64,000 bases of DNA, from NCBI GenBank assembly GCA_965222075.1, contig OZ244937.1, positions 4,864,001 through 4,928,000 on the forward strand, read 5' to 3'. Every line of letters begins with the position of its first letter. Position 1 is the first letter of the stretch. Shown in pieces: positions 1-10,349 of the stretch. Position numbers and translations under genes: made by a program. This DNA comes from Candidatus Latescibacterota bacterium (GTDB lineage: Bacteria > Latescibacterota > UBA2968 > GCA-2709665). The notes beneath the pieces are model-generated. The model was not told the origin of the DNA. It saw only the letters and a list, made by a program, of their open reading frames with translations, and searched no databases.

Positions 1-2
1 GG

Positions 3-605
3 ATGGTCCTGGGCGACGCCTACATCAAGTGGTTCCGCCCTCAGGCGTATTATGACAGCGCAGATTGGCGGGGCAACTGGGCACTGGAGGGCGGTGGGGC
101 GCTAATGACCCAGGGCAGCCACAACGTAGACCTGCTCCAGTGGATTATGGGACCGATCAAGCGGGTTTACGCGCGGATGGGGACGCTTGTGCACGATATC
201 GAAGTGGAAGATACCCTTGTGGCTGCCCTCGAATACGAGAGCGGCGCGTTGGGCGTGATTGAGGCCACGACGTCGTCCCACCCCGGCCTGCCCGCAAAGT
301 TAGAGTTCTCCGGGAGCGAGGGGACGGTTGTGATGGAGGCCGATCAGATTACCGTGTGGGATATCAAAGGGGAAGCTTCCGAAGCCGCGGATGCCCAGTT
401 GACCGATCTGGCGAAGGCCGCCTCGGACTCGAAGACCTTCGGCACTGAGGGGCACAAGGCCCAGATCGCCGAGATGGTCCGGATTCTAAATGAGGGCGGC
501 GAACCGGCGATCGACGGTCTGGAGTCGCGCAGTGCCATTGAACTCATCCTGGCCATTTACAAGTCGGCCAGGACCGGAAAGCCTGTGGACCTTCCGCTGG
601 GTTGA
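3..605 (+). CDS. Gfo/Idh/MocA family oxidoreductase (5'-truncated by window edge)
   Basis: GGGALMTQGSHNVDLLQW and EVEDTLVA motifs of the GFO_IDH_MocA C-terminal domain. Confidence 0.85.
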   Translation: MVLGDAYIKWFRPQAYYDSADWRGNWALEGGGALMTQGSHNVDLLQWIMGPIKRVYARMGTLVHDIEVEDTLVAALEYESGALGVIEATTSSHPGLPAKLEFSGSEGTVVMEADQITVWDIKGEASEAADAQLTDLAKAASDSKTFGTEGHKAQIAEMVRILNEGGEPAIDGLESRSAIELILAIYKSARTGKPVDLPLG

Positions 606-641
606 CGGCCCGGGCGTTTTTGTTATGTGAAGGAGCGTTTT

Positions 642-1631
642 ATGCAACCGACCAGGATCTTCGTGACCGATTATATAGAACCGGATTTGAAGTGGGAGGA
701 AGAGCAACTTGCCAAATACGCGCATGTGACGTTCAAGTACGATCAGCTGAAATTCAAGCCGGAAGAGGAACTGGTTGCCGCGATCGGGGATGCGGACATG
801 GTCCTTGTGAATATGGTGAAGATGACGGAGAACGTGATCAACCGGCTGGAGAAGTGCAAGCTCATTCTCCGGCACGGGGTGGGGTACGACAATGTGGATG
901 TTGAGGCGGCTACGGCCAGGGGCATCCGGGTGGCCTACGAACCGGATTACTGTATGGACGAGGTGGCCGAGCATGCGATTACACTGATGCTGGCCGGCTG
1001 GCGGAAGCTCAATGTGGGGCGAAAGATTCTGGAGGCGTCAAGCGAGAACGGGATCTGGGATTTTAACGCGATTTATCCGGTCTATTCCGTGAAGGGGAAG
1101 ACGGTCGGCATTATCGGCTGCGGCCGGATCGGCAGTTTAACGCTGAAAAAGCTGAGCGGGTTCGATGTGGATATTCTGGTCTGCGATCCGTATCTGACCG
1201 AGGAGCGGCAGGCGGAGTTGGGTATCGAGACCGTGGATCTGGAACCGCTGCTGAAAGCGTCGGATATGATCACCCTTCATTCCACCCTCAACGACGAGAC
1301 GTACCACATCATCGGTGAGGAACAGCTCCAGCTGATGAAGCCGACAGTCTACCTGGTCAACACGGCCCGGGGGGGGCTTATCGATACCGAGGCTTTAAGC
1401 CGGGCGCTTAAGGAGAACCGAATTGCCGGTGCCGCCATCGATGTATATGACAAGGAGCCGCCCGATCCGAATTTTGAGCTTTTCAAACTTGAAAACGCCC
1501 TGCTTTCACCGCATCTGTCCTGGTATTCCGAAGAGGCGAACTGGAGCATGCGGGAGAAGGTGATGGAGGACTTCGTCCGTTTTATCGAGGGGCGCCCGCC
1601 CCGGTTTCTGATTAACAAGGAACTGGCGTAG
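642..1631 (+). CDS. D-2-hydroxyacid dehydrogenase (CtBP/SerA-like)
   Basis: RHGVGYDNVD, GIIGCGRIG, VNTARGGLID, SPHLSW motifs; ATG 642 follows AAGGAG. Confidence 0.9.
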   Translation: MQPTRIFVTDYIEPDLKWEEEQLAKYAHVTFKYDQLKFKPEEELVAAIGDADMVLVNMVKMTENVINRLEKCKLILRHGVGYDNVDVEAATARGIRVAYEPDYCMDEVAEHAITLMLAGWRKLNVGRKILEASSENGIWDFNAIYPVYSVKGKTVGIIGCGRIGSLTLKKLSGFDVDILVCDPYLTEERQAELGIETVDLEPLLKASDMITLHSTLNDETYHIIGEEQLQLMKPTVYLVNTARGGLIDTEALSRALKENRIAGAAIDVYDKEPPDPNFELFKLENALLSPHLSWYSEEANWSMREKVMEDFVRFIEGRPPRFLINKELA

Positions 1632-1653
1632 TCGTCAGGATCTGGAGTCGGAT

Positions 1654-2970
1654 ATGAAAGCGTTGAAGAAGCGAGAGGTCCCGGGTCCCAAGTCGGCGGA
1701 GCTGCTTGCGCTTTCCAAACAGTACGAGCCTCCGTGTATGGCCGATCAACTGCCCGTGGTGTGGGACCACGGAGAGGGGGTCTGGGTGATCGATGTGGAC
1801 GGCAACGAGTACATCGATTTCACCTCGGGGGTGCTTGTGGCCAACCTGGGGCACGCGCATCCGCTCCACGTAGAGGCCATCCGGAATCAAGCCGGCCGCC
1901 TGATGAACTGCTATTCGTTCCCCACGCCCGAGCGGGTGACTTTCTCCAGGCGGCTGGTCGATTTGCTGCCCGAGAACCTGGACCAGGCCTTTCTGCTGAC
2001 CACTGGCGCGGAGGCCACGGAGGCGGCCCTGCGCATTGCTAAGCGATACACCGGCAAGCACGAGATTCTGTCGTTTTACGGCGGCTTCCACGGGCGGACC
2101 TATGGGCCGATCAGCGTGGCGGGGAGTATGAAGACGAAGCGCCAGTTCGGGCCTCAACTGCCGGGCGCGGTTCTGGCGCCCTTCCCCTATTTCTACCGAG
2201 ATTTTTACAACAGTAAGACCGAGGAGGAGTGCGGAGAGCGGTGTATTGAGCGTCTGGACCGCATCATCGAGTCGGCCTCCACGGGGGATCTGGGGGCGGT
2301 GATTACCGAGCCCTACCAGGGTGGGGCGGGGTTTATCTTTCCGCCGGACGGGTGGCTGAAGAAGCTGGAAAAGTGGGCCTACGATCGCGGTCTTCTCTTT
2401 ATCTTAGATGAGGTTCAGTCTTCTTTCGGCAGGACGGGGAGGATGTTTGCCTTAGAGTGGGAAGACCTGCGGCCCAGCATGGTCTGCCTGGGCAAGGGGA
2501 TCGGCAGCGGGATGCCCGCCTCTGCGCTGGTGGGCGAGCGCCGGATTTTTGAGTGCATGGGGGTCGGAGAGATGTCCAGTACCTGCGGGGGGAATCCCTT
2601 AGCCAGCGCTGCTTCGCATGCGGTGCTGGACGTGATGGCGCAGGAAAAGCTGCCGGAGAACGCCCTGCGGATCGGGGAGTATATGATGGCCCGGTTCAAG
2701 GAGCTTCAGAAGAAGCATGAGCGCCTGGGCGACGTGCGGGGAAAAGGCCTCGTGTTGGGGCTGGAGTTTGTGGAAGACAGGCAGAGCCGGACGCCCGCGC
2801 CCGAGCTGACCGGAAAGATGATGCTGAAGGCAGGCGAATACGGCCTGCTCCTGGGCCGCGTTGGCATTTACGGGAATGTGGTGCGCATTGCGCCCCCGCT
2901 GGTGGTCACCGAGGAGGAGGCGGGGATGGGGATCGATATTATCGACCGGGCGTTGACCGAAATGACCTGA
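1654..2970 (+). CDS. Class III PLP aminotransferase (GabT-like)
   Basis: GFHGRT, FILDEVQSSFGRTG, LGKGIGSG, DVRGKGL motifs. Confidence 0.9.
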   Translation: MKALKKREVPGPKSAELLALSKQYEPPCMADQLPVVWDHGEGVWVIDVDGNEYIDFTSGVLVANLGHAHPLHVEAIRNQAGRLMNCYSFPTPERVTFSRRLVDLLPENLDQAFLLTTGAEATEAALRIAKRYTGKHEILSFYGGFHGRTYGPISVAGSMKTKRQFGPQLPGAVLAPFPYFYRDFYNSKTEEECGERCIERLDRIIESASTGDLGAVITEPYQGGAGFIFPPDGWLKKLEKWAYDRGLLFILDEVQSSFGRTGRMFALEWEDLRPSMVCLGKGIGSGMPASALVGERRIFECMGVGEMSSTCGGNPLASAASHAVLDVMAQEKLPENALRIGEYMMARFKELQKKHERLGDVRGKGLVLGLEFVEDRQSRTPAPELTGKMMLKAGEYGLLLGRVGIYGNVVRIAPPLVVTEEEAGMGIDIIDRALTEMT

Positions 2971-3008
2971 CCCCCCCGGCCCTTTTTCCCGCGCCGGAAA
3001 GGGGGGAG
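2971..3008 (+). repeat. C-rich/G-rich intergenic hairpin (REP-like or terminator)
   Basis: CCCTTTTTCC...GGAAAGGGGGG right after the stop; similar element at 5470-5505. Confidence 0.45.
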
Positions 3009-3053
3009 AAAATCGCCTGTCGACGGACTGGGGGATTAACGGAGAAATCCGCT

Positions 3054-4325
3054 TTGGAACTGGACAGCCAACAACTCAGGGCCGCGCTTGATGCGCATCA
3101 AGATGCGGCAGTTGCCCTGCTGCGCGACCTGATCGGATTTTCCTCCACGCGAGGCGAGGAAGGCCCTGTGGTGCGCTGCCTTCACGACAGGATGGAGGCA
3201 GTGGCTGAGACAAGTGAGCTCGTTCAGATTTCCGATGAGATTCAGGACGATCCCGATTATTCGTTTAAGCTGGAGGATTGTACGTACGCAGATCGGCCCA
3301 ACCTCCGGGTTGTGAAGCGCGGGTCCGGGGGTGGGAAGTCGTTGATTATCAATACGCATTTAGATGTTGTGCCTCCGTCTCCGGGACAGGAGAAGCCGTT
3401 TGAGGCACAGGTTAAAGACGGGGTTGTGTACGGGCGGGGGGCGTGCGACTGCAAGGGGCAGGCCGCGATGTTCTATCTGTCTCTGGCGGCGCTCAAGGAA
3501 ATGGGGGTGGGCCTGAAGGGGGACGTGACCGGGCACCTGGTGATCGAAGAGGAGTGCGGGGGCAACGGTACGCTGGCCTTCGTTCGGGGGGAGGACCGGG
3601 CCGATGCCGCGATTGTCTTAGAGCCGTCCGAGTTGAAAATCCTGCCTTCGATTCGGGGCGCGGTCTGGTTTACAGTGAATTGTTACGGACGCGCCGGACA
3701 CAGCGGGCAGGCCGGGCGGACGGTGAGCGCGCTGAAGGAGGCGATCCGGGCGATCGAGATCTTAGAGGGCTACCACGCACGTCTGCTGGCGGCCTCTAAA
3801 GGATATCCGCTTTACGATCAATACGAGAACCCGATGCCGATTACGTTTGGTACGATGGAGGCGGGGGACTGGCCGGCGATGGCGCCCAACAGGGCGACGT
3901 TTGAGGGGGTGCTGGGGTTTTTGCCCAATAAGGTCAAGGAAGAGATTATGCAGGAGATGGGAGAGGCGCTGAAGGCGGAGGGGGGGGACTGGCTGTCGGA
4001 CCACTTCGATATCGATTTTATGTACCGGCACGACTGCAACGAGGTTCCGGTTGACCACCCGCTGGTGCAGACGATGGCGTCCGCCTGCCGGGACAGCGGA
4101 CACGATCCTGAGGTTTCGGCCATGCCGGCCTCCTGCGACGCCTGGTTTTATACCAACCTCCTGCACATCCCGACGGTGGTGATCGGCTCGGGCAGCCTGG
4201 GCGTGGCGCATTCGAGCCAGGAGCAGATTCCGGTTGAGAGCCTGGTAAAGGGGGCGGAAATCTTAGCGCGGACGATTGCTTCGTGGTGTGGGACCACCCT
4301 AAACTCCGGTTATCGTCCAAGATGA
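3054..4325 (+). CDS. M20 family deacylase (ArgE/DapE-like)
   Basis: NTHLDVVP, YGRGACDCKG, IEEE, LEPS and C-terminal AHS metal-ligand motifs. Confidence 0.9.
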   Translation: MELDSQQLRAALDAHQDAAVALLRDLIGFSSTRGEEGPVVRCLHDRMEAVAETSELVQISDEIQDDPDYSFKLEDCTYADRPNLRVVKRGSGGGKSLIINTHLDVVPPSPGQEKPFEAQVKDGVVYGRGACDCKGQAAMFYLSLAALKEMGVGLKGDVTGHLVIEEECGGNGTLAFVRGEDRADAAIVLEPSELKILPSIRGAVWFTVNCYGRAGHSGQAGRTVSALKEAIRAIEILEGYHARLLAASKGYPLYDQYENPMPITFGTMEAGDWPAMAPNRATFEGVLGFLPNKVKEEIMQEMGEALKAEGGDWLSDHFDIDFMYRHDCNEVPVDHPLVQTMASACRDSGHDPEVSAMPASCDAWFYTNLLHIPTVVIGSGSLGVAHSSQEQIPVESLVKGAEILARTIASWCGTTLNSGYRPR

Positions 4326-4403
4326 GAAGAAGGGGTCGGCTGTCTGACCTGATGTGACAATTCTCAACCTCTATTGTGAAGGGAAAAAGGAGAATCCGAA
4401 TCC

Positions 4404-5465
4404 ATGCAGACGCTCGGCGTCGGAATCATCGGTCTGCATCACCTCCATCCGGTCGATTACCTGCCCCACTTCGAGGCGATTCCCCAGACGGAGGTGCGGG
4501 CGATTGCGGAGGCGGACGGAGCGTACCTGGATCGGGTCTGCGGGGAGACCGGCCTTCCGGGGTATGCCGATTACAAGGCGCTTCTGGAGCGGGACGATAT
4601 CGGCCTGGTGGTGATCTTTCTGCCGCACTCGGAATGCCCGGAGGCTGTGGAGCGGGCGGCGAATGCGGGGGTGCATACGGTTGTGGAGAAGCCGATGGCG
4701 GACACGTCGGACGGCATCCGCCGGATGATCGCCGCGACAGAGAAGGCCGGTGTTCTTCTGTCCTCCCCCTATACCTGGCGCGCCCATCCAGTCGCTCGAC
4801 AGATCAAACGGCTCATTGACGACGGTGTTTTGGGCGAGATCGTTGCCTTAGAGGGCCGGTGCGCGGCCGGGTCTCCAATGCGCTATCTGGAGAACGGGAT
4901 TTCCCCCTGGCTGGTCCGGAAGGCGGCGGCAGGCGGGGGACCGCTGCACAACTTAGGGGTGCACTGGATTGACCTGTTCCGATGGTTCCTGAAGGAGGAG
5001 GTAGCGTCGGTGACGGGGATGGTAAGCCATATTCAGCATCGTCTGGATGTGGAGGACAACAGCTTCGGGATTCTGCGGTTTACAGGCGGTGCGACCGCTG
5101 CACTGGATATCAGCTATTCTGTACCACAATTCTTCCCCGCAGGTCGGGACCTGTTCATCAGCGTTCGGGGTACGCAGGGCGCCCTGTCCTGGAGTCCTGC
5201 GTGGGGGGGCACCGCGGATGAGGTGTTCATTGTCAGCGACCATCCCGATTATATTGACGGGCCGGTGAGCACACTGCAGATCGGCTCCCGGGCCGTGCCG
5301 GGCTACGGCGGAATCTCGGGCCTGGCTTACCTGCGCGAGACAGCCGAGGCGATCCTTGCCGGCCGCCGGCCTGAAGTGACCGGCATTGATGGGCTGCGGG
5401 CCCTGGAGGTCGTCGAAGCACTCTATGAATCGTCAGAGACGGGGCGGGCGGTGAGCGTGGGCTGA
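4404..5465 (+). CDS. Gfo/Idh/MocA family oxidoreductase
   Basis: N-terminal GIIGL, VEKPMA, GGGPLHNLGVHWIDL; AAGGAG RBS. Confidence 0.9.
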   Translation: MQTLGVGIIGLHHLHPVDYLPHFEAIPQTEVRAIAEADGAYLDRVCGETGLPGYADYKALLERDDIGLVVIFLPHSECPEAVERAANAGVHTVVEKPMADTSDGIRRMIAATEKAGVLLSSPYTWRAHPVARQIKRLIDDGVLGEIVALEGRCAAGSPMRYLENGISPWLVRKAAAGGGPLHNLGVHWIDLFRWFLKEEVASVTGMVSHIQHRLDVEDNSFGILRFTGGATAALDISYSVPQFFPAGRDLFISVRGTQGALSWSPAWGGTADEVFIVSDHPDYIDGPVSTLQIGSRAVPGYGGISGLAYLRETAEAILAGRRPEVTGIDGLRALEVVEALYESSETGRAVSVG

Positions 5466-5469
5466 CCTA

Positions 5470-5550
5470 CCCCCCCTCCCCCCTTCCCTGCGAGGGAAAG
5501 GGGGAACAAAAACCGTAGGTGAAAGCGGCCTACCTCCGGTTTTTTTATTT
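5470..5550. terminator. GC hairpin plus probable bidirectional terminator between convergent genes
   Basis: CCCCCTTCCCT-GCG-AGGGAAAGGGGG followed by AAAAACCG...CGGTTTTTTT. Confidence 0.6.
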
Positions 5551-5568
5551 CTGATGTCGTTTTCAGCC

Positions 5569-6627
5569 TTACCACTCGTCGAGCAGGATTTCCTGTCCGG
5601 TCTTTGCGGATTCATAGATGGCCAGGATGAGGTCCACGGCTTTGCGGGCGCTTTCGCCGGGGATGTAGGGGGCGCGGTCTTCCCTGATAGCGCTGACCAT
5701 GTCGTTGACCAGGTAGATGTGGCCGGCGCTGCTGATGGCCTTTGGGTCGGCTACGGAGCCAGCGACCTCGAAGGATTTGGGGGGAAATCTGTCCTGGGCG
5801 AGGCCGTCCTCTTCATCGGTGACGGCCCAGCGGGTGGTCTGCGCGTCGCTGATGGTGATGGTGCCATACTTGCCGTGCAGTTCGATGCGGGAGGACTCGC
5901 CGGGGTTGCAGGAGGTGGTGCCGATGATGGTCCCGAAAGCGCCGCTTTTGTATTTGAGACAGGCGACCGCCGTGTCTTCGACTTCGATGTCGCGGACCTT
6001 GTGGTCGGCACGGGCGAAAACGGATTCCACGTCGTCGTTCATCAGCCAAAGGAGGAGGTCCACGCCGTGGACGCCCTGATTCATGAGGGCGCCGCCGCCG
6101 TCTAAGGCCAGGGTGCCTTTCCAGCCGGCCTCATTGTAGTAAGCCTGGGAGCGGTAGGTTTTCAGAAAGGCGTCGCCCAGGACCATTTTGCCCAGTTCGC
6201 CGCTTTGAATGGCGCTGTGGATCTTGATCATGTCTTCCTTCGTGCGGCTCTGGAAGACACAGCCGAGCTTGACGTTGGCCTCCCGGCAGGCCCGGATCAT
6301 AGCGGTCATCTTCTCGCGGGAGATGTCTAAGGGCTTTTCGCAGAAGGAATGTTTGCCGGCCTGTGCCGCGGCAATGACGTTGTGGGCATGCAGGCCGGAG
6401 GGGGTGGTCACGCCCACGATGTCGACGTCGGGGTCTTTGACCAGCTTTTCGTAGTCGCTGTAGAATTTGACGCTGCCGGATTCTTCGGCAAACCGCCTGC
6501 CCTTCTCTTCGGTGCGGTTGCAAACGGCGACGAGTTCCGCATCCTTACAGGCTTCGATGCCTGCTCGAAAGTGGGCAGCGATCATGCCGGTGCCGATGAT
6601 GCCCCAGCCGAATTTTCCGTCTTTCAT
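5569..6627 (-). CDS. Gfo/Idh/MocA family oxidoreductase
   Basis: WGIIGTGMIA, CEKPL, GGGALMNQGVHGVDL; start MKDGK at 6627 after AGGAGG. Confidence 0.9.
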   Translation of the reverse strand: MKDGKFGWGIIGTGMIAAHFRAGIEACKDAELVAVCNRTEEKGRRFAEESGSVKFYSDYEKLVKDPDVDIVGVTTPSGLHAHNVIAAAQAGKHSFCEKPLDISREKMTAMIRACREANVKLGCVFQSRTKEDMIKIHSAIQSGELGKMVLGDAFLKTYRSQAYYNEAGWKGTLALDGGGALMNQGVHGVDLLLWLMNDDVESVFARADHKVRDIEVEDTAVACLKYKSGAFGTIIGTTSCNPGESSRIELHGKYGTITISDAQTTRWAVTDEEDGLAQDRFPPKSFEVAGSVADPKAISSAGHIYLVNDMVSAIREDRAPYIPGESARKAVDLILAIYESAKTGQEILLDEW

Positions 6628-6812
6628 GGGATGTCCTCCTGTTCTGCGCGTTTGCCGGCGCAGGTGAGGCTGCGCCATTTCGGGTGTATTTTCGACGTTA
6701 CTTGTAGGAAAGTTGCTGGCGAATCGTCCCAAACGTCCACTGGTGGCGCTTCTGGTTCATCTTCTTGCCGTAGTCCAGGTCCGTATCCCGGGTCAAAAAA
6801 GGGCGTTCATCC

Positions 6813-8036
6813 TCACACCAGATTCCCTTCCGCGCGGCTGTTCCTGCCCACAGTGACCACCGCCTCTTCCGTCCCCACGCAGAGGTTTCCGCTGATCAGG
6901 TTGTAATCGCTCGTCCCGCTCTCGACAATGCCCTTCTTCTGCGTGGGCGTATCCTGATCGTCGGCGCAGCGGTTGCCCTGCACGATCGCCCGCTGAAGGT
7001 CGTCGAGGCGGATGCCCGGCCATCTGCCCGGCGCTTCCTGGGAGTTGCCCAGCAGCAGGTTGCCGGTAATCACCTGCTCCTCCCCCCGGTTGGCATCGAT
7101 CCCACAGCGGCCGTTGTACGAACAGACGTTGTCGCTGATGATATTGTGGTGGTCGCCCCCGTTCGCCACGCCCCCGATCCCGTGCTGCACATTCTCCGAA
7201 AAAACACTGTCGCTGCACACCGTATGGTGCACCCGGGCGCAGAAGAAGAACCCGTCGCCCCCGTTTCCCCTGCCAATATTGTGCGACCAGACGCTCCTGC
7301 CCAGTCCGGTACCCGGATGAAAACCGTGCCCGCGACACCCGTGCGCCTGGCACTGTATCACCTGCGCATCGCATCCCCTCTGCACCCCGATGCCGTCGCT
7401 GGGCCACTCGATCAGCGTACAGTTGATCACGCGCACCCGTGCACAACTCACTAAGTGGATGCCCGAATACGTAAAGTCCCACCAGGGGCCGTCGTAGTCC
7501 ACAGGCCCCTGAACCGTAAGATCACGAACCTCGATATCGGCCTCGTCCTGCGCCCAGATCGCCGGGAACAGGCTGACCGCTCTGGCCTGCCGCTCGACCT
7601 TGAGCCCGCGGTTGAACGGCACGCTTATCCACACCCGGCGTCCCTCAATACGCTCAACAATACCGTGCGTGCCCCACCACCCCCTCCGCTTCTCATCGCT
7701 CACCCCGATCTCGTCCCCCACCTTGAAGGGAGGACATCCCGAACATTCCAGAACACGACGCCCTTTTCGCAGATCCCGTTTAAGCGGAACCACACGCGGC
7801 TCGTGAACCGTAAGCACCGTGGCGGGCCCCTCTCCGACCAGGCTGACACGGCTGGGCACATAGACCGACCGGCGCAGCAAATAGGTCCCGGCGGGCACCC
7901 GCACCCGGCCTCCTCCCGGTGGAAGCGAAGCAATCGCCTCGGCAATGCCGCATGTCGGCAGCTCGGGATCGTAAAAATCGCCGGCATTCGCCTCATAGCT
8001 GGAAGTGGTGAGAATAGGCATCGCGGTCGCAGGCAT
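6813..8036 (-). CDS. Right-handed parallel beta-helix protein (pectate-lyase-like fold), no signal peptide
   Basis: IAEAIASLPPGGGRVRVPAGTY followed by repeated N/G-x-G-I beta-helix coils. Confidence 0.8.
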   Translation of the reverse strand: MPATAMPILTTSSYEANAGDFYDPELPTCGIAEAIASLPPGGGRVRVPAGTYLLRRSVYVPSRVSLVGEGPATVLTVHEPRVVPLKRDLRKGRRVLECSGCPPFKVGDEIGVSDEKRRGWWGTHGIVERIEGRRVWISVPFNRGLKVERQARAVSLFPAIWAQDEADIEVRDLTVQGPVDYDGPWWDFTYSGIHLVSCARVRVINCTLIEWPSDGIGVQRGCDAQVIQCQAHGCRGHGFHPGTGLGRSVWSHNIGRGNGGDGFFFCARVHHTVCSDSVFSENVQHGIGGVANGGDHHNIISDNVCSYNGRCGIDANRGEEQVITGNLLLGNSQEAPGRWPGIRLDDLQRAIVQGNRCADDQDTPTQKKGIVESGTSDYNLISGNLCVGTEEAVVTVGRNSRAEGNLV

Positions 8037-8098
8037 GGGAACTTCCTTTCTTAACTTACCAGAATAATATGGGGATTTTGACCCTTTCTTAGAAGCTG

Positions 8099-8126
8099 TC
8101 TGCGCCCTCTGCGTCTCTGCGGTGAA
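8099..8126. repeat. Short (CTCTGCG)n intergenic repeat
   Basis: TCTGCGCCCTCTGCGTCTCTGCGGTGAA. Confidence 0.5.
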
Positions 8127-8158
8127 CGATCTGAAGCGCTACGGAAGATCCAACTGTT

Positions 8159-9424
8159 TTATCGCCCCTGTCCCTCACCCTCCTTCTCCGATACCTCCAC
8201 CAGCTCCCTGGCATGGTCACGGACCTTCTCAAAGGCCCGCGCCACATCCCGCATCCGTTCCTCGGAGGCCAGCATCACCGTTTGAGACAGGCTGATCCGC
8301 TCCTTACAGTACTGCTCCACCCCGGGCAGGTACAGGTCCCGGTAATCGGGCGCGTCTTCCCATGCAAAGGGCTTGTAAGGGTTCGCCTTCCAGTCCTGCT
8401 GAAAAACGGGATTCCGGTACACCGGTTCGGAATATCCCCCGCCCACCGAAACCCCTTCGGCACGCAGCGCCTTCATAAACAGATCCCGCGAAACCCCCTC
8501 GAATTCCTCCTGGACAAACCGGGCCCCGTAGATGTGCCAGCTCACCCGTGTCGCCTCCGGCAGGCGCCTGATCGGCTTGATCCCCTCAAGCCGCGAAAGC
8601 GTCCGGGTTAGCATCGCCGCATTTTGTTCCCGAATCTCCGTCTGCTCTACCACGCGCTCCAGCTGACACAGGAGGACCGCCGCTGTCAAATCGTTCATCC
8701 GGTGATTCGCCCCCCAGCGCAGGTGCTCCGGCGCCCTGTCGTAGCGCGAACGCCCGGCGTAGAGCGCGCAGTGGATGATATCGGCCACCGTCTCGTCGTT
8801 CGTCAGCGCGATACCTCCCTCCCCGCTGGTCATATTCTTGCTCTGCTGGAAACTGACCCCGGACGCCAGCCCCCAGCTCCCCAGCCCCCGCCCCGCATAC
8901 TGGGCGCCCCAGCCGTGGCACGCGTCCTCCAAGACGGCCAGCCCGTGCCGGTCGGCAATCTCCTGGATACGCGCCATATCGCAGGCCAGCCCCCCGAAAT
9001 GCACCACCATAACCGCCTTCGTCCGGGGCGTAATTGCCGCCTCGATCTCATCCGGATCGATATTGTTCGTCTCCGGATCGATATCGGCAAATGTCACCAC
9101 AGCCCCCGCCCTCAGAATGCCCAGGCATGTGGCGTGGAACGTGTACGGACTGGTAATCACCTCGTCTCCCACACCAATCTGCGCGCCCCGGCAAACCGCC
9201 TCCAGCGCCGACGTTCCCCCGCTGCAAACCACCCCGTATTTCGCATCCTGAAACCGGGCGAATTCCTCTTCAAACTCCTGGCACTTCGGCCCGTAATTCC
9301 ACACCCGGCTCTCCAGCACCTCCATCAGCGCCTCCGCCTCCGTCTCATCGTAGTGCGGCCACGGCTCGGCCACGGGCCCTTCCACAACCGGCCTGCCGCC
9401 CATCAGCGCAAGTTTGTCGGCCAT
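8159..9424 (-). CDS. DegT/DnrJ/EryC1/StrS aminotransferase
   Basis: VLEDACHGWG, SFQQSKNMTSGEGG (PLP lysine). Confidence 0.92.
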   Translation of the reverse strand: MADKLALMGGRPVVEGPVAEPWPHYDETEAEALMEVLESRVWNYGPKCQEFEEEFARFQDAKYGVVCSGGTSALEAVCRGAQIGVGDEVITSPYTFHATCLGILRAGAVVTFADIDPETNNIDPDEIEAAITPRTKAVMVVHFGGLACDMARIQEIADRHGLAVLEDACHGWGAQYAGRGLGSWGLASGVSFQQSKNMTSGEGGIALTNDETVADIIHCALYAGRSRYDRAPEHLRWGANHRMNDLTAAVLLCQLERVVEQTEIREQNAAMLTRTLSRLEGIKPIRRLPEATRVSWHIYGARFVQEEFEGVSRDLFMKALRAEGVSVGGGYSEPVYRNPVFQQDWKANPYKPFAWEDAPDYRDLYLPGVEQYCKERISLSQTVMLASEERMRDVARAFEKVRDHARELVEVSEKEGEGQGR

Positions 9425-9465
9425 ATAAGCTCCCTTTTTTCGAATAACCCACCAGCATCGTCAGC

Positions 9466-10338
9466 TTAAGCGCCGCGCACATCCTCAACTTCCTCTCTCT
9501 TCCTCACAATACCGCCCTCCGGCCACCGGATCTCCCGGTCCCAATCGGCCAGATAGGGCGCCGCCGTCTCCCGCCATCGGGGCGCCAGGGAAAGATCGAC
9601 CTCTGCAACCGCCACCCCTTCGCCTGAGGGGATCTCCGCCAAGATCTCCCCCCAGGGCGCAATCACCGCCGACTGTCCGACCCCCCGCAAATACCCGTCC
9701 GGATCGCAGATCCCGCAGTGGTTGGACGAGGCGAAATAGACCGAATTCTCCAGCGCCCGCGTCAGGCACTGCGCCCGGTACGCCTGGGGCGAATAGTGCC
9801 ACTCCTCGCAGTCGTCCGTGGTCACCCAGGCCGTGGGGTGCAGCAGCAATTCCGCCCCCCGCTCGACCAGTCCATGGATGTAGTGCGCGAAGATATAATC
9901 GTAACAGATCGCCACCCCCGCCCGGGCAAACCCCAGGTCCACCAGACAGGCCTCGTCCCCCCGGCTCAGCACATCCCGTTCTCCCAGGTAGAGGTAGACC
10001 TTCCGGTAGCGGGACACCAACGCCCTGTCGGGCCCCATAACCACAGCCGCATTGTACATCGCCCCCGTCTGGGGATCGACCTCCGCCATCCCCGCAACCA
10101 CATAAATCCCGTGCTCGGCCGCTACCGCGCCGAAGCGCTCCGTGGTTGGCCCCGGGATCGGCTCGGCCAACCGGTCCATCTCATCCAGCGCAAACCCCGT
10201 GGTAAACACTTCCGGCAGCAGGATCAGGTCCGCCCCCTGCCCGGCCGCCTCCGCAACCATCTCGCAGGCCCTGGAGACGTTGGCGTCCACATTCCCCACC
10301 GCGCACTCGATCTGAGTAATCGCAAGCTTTGGCATCAT
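9466..10338 (-). CDS. Carbon-nitrogen hydrolase (nitrilase/amidase family)
   Basis: E-K-C triad: LLPEVF, YRKVYL, AICYD. Confidence 0.9.
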   Translation of the reverse strand: MMPKLAITQIECAVGNVDANVSRACEMVAEAAGQGADLILLPEVFTTGFALDEMDRLAEPIPGPTTERFGAVAAEHGIYVVAGMAEVDPQTGAMYNAAVVMGPDRALVSRYRKVYLYLGERDVLSRGDEACLVDLGFARAGVAICYDYIFAHYIHGLVERGAELLLHPTAWVTTDDCEEWHYSPQAYRAQCLTRALENSVYFASSNHCGICDPDGYLRGVGQSAVIAPWGEILAEIPSGEGVAVAEVDLSLAPRWRETAAPYLADWDREIRWPEGGIVRKREEVEDVRGA

Positions 10339-10349
10339 CCTGCCCTCCT

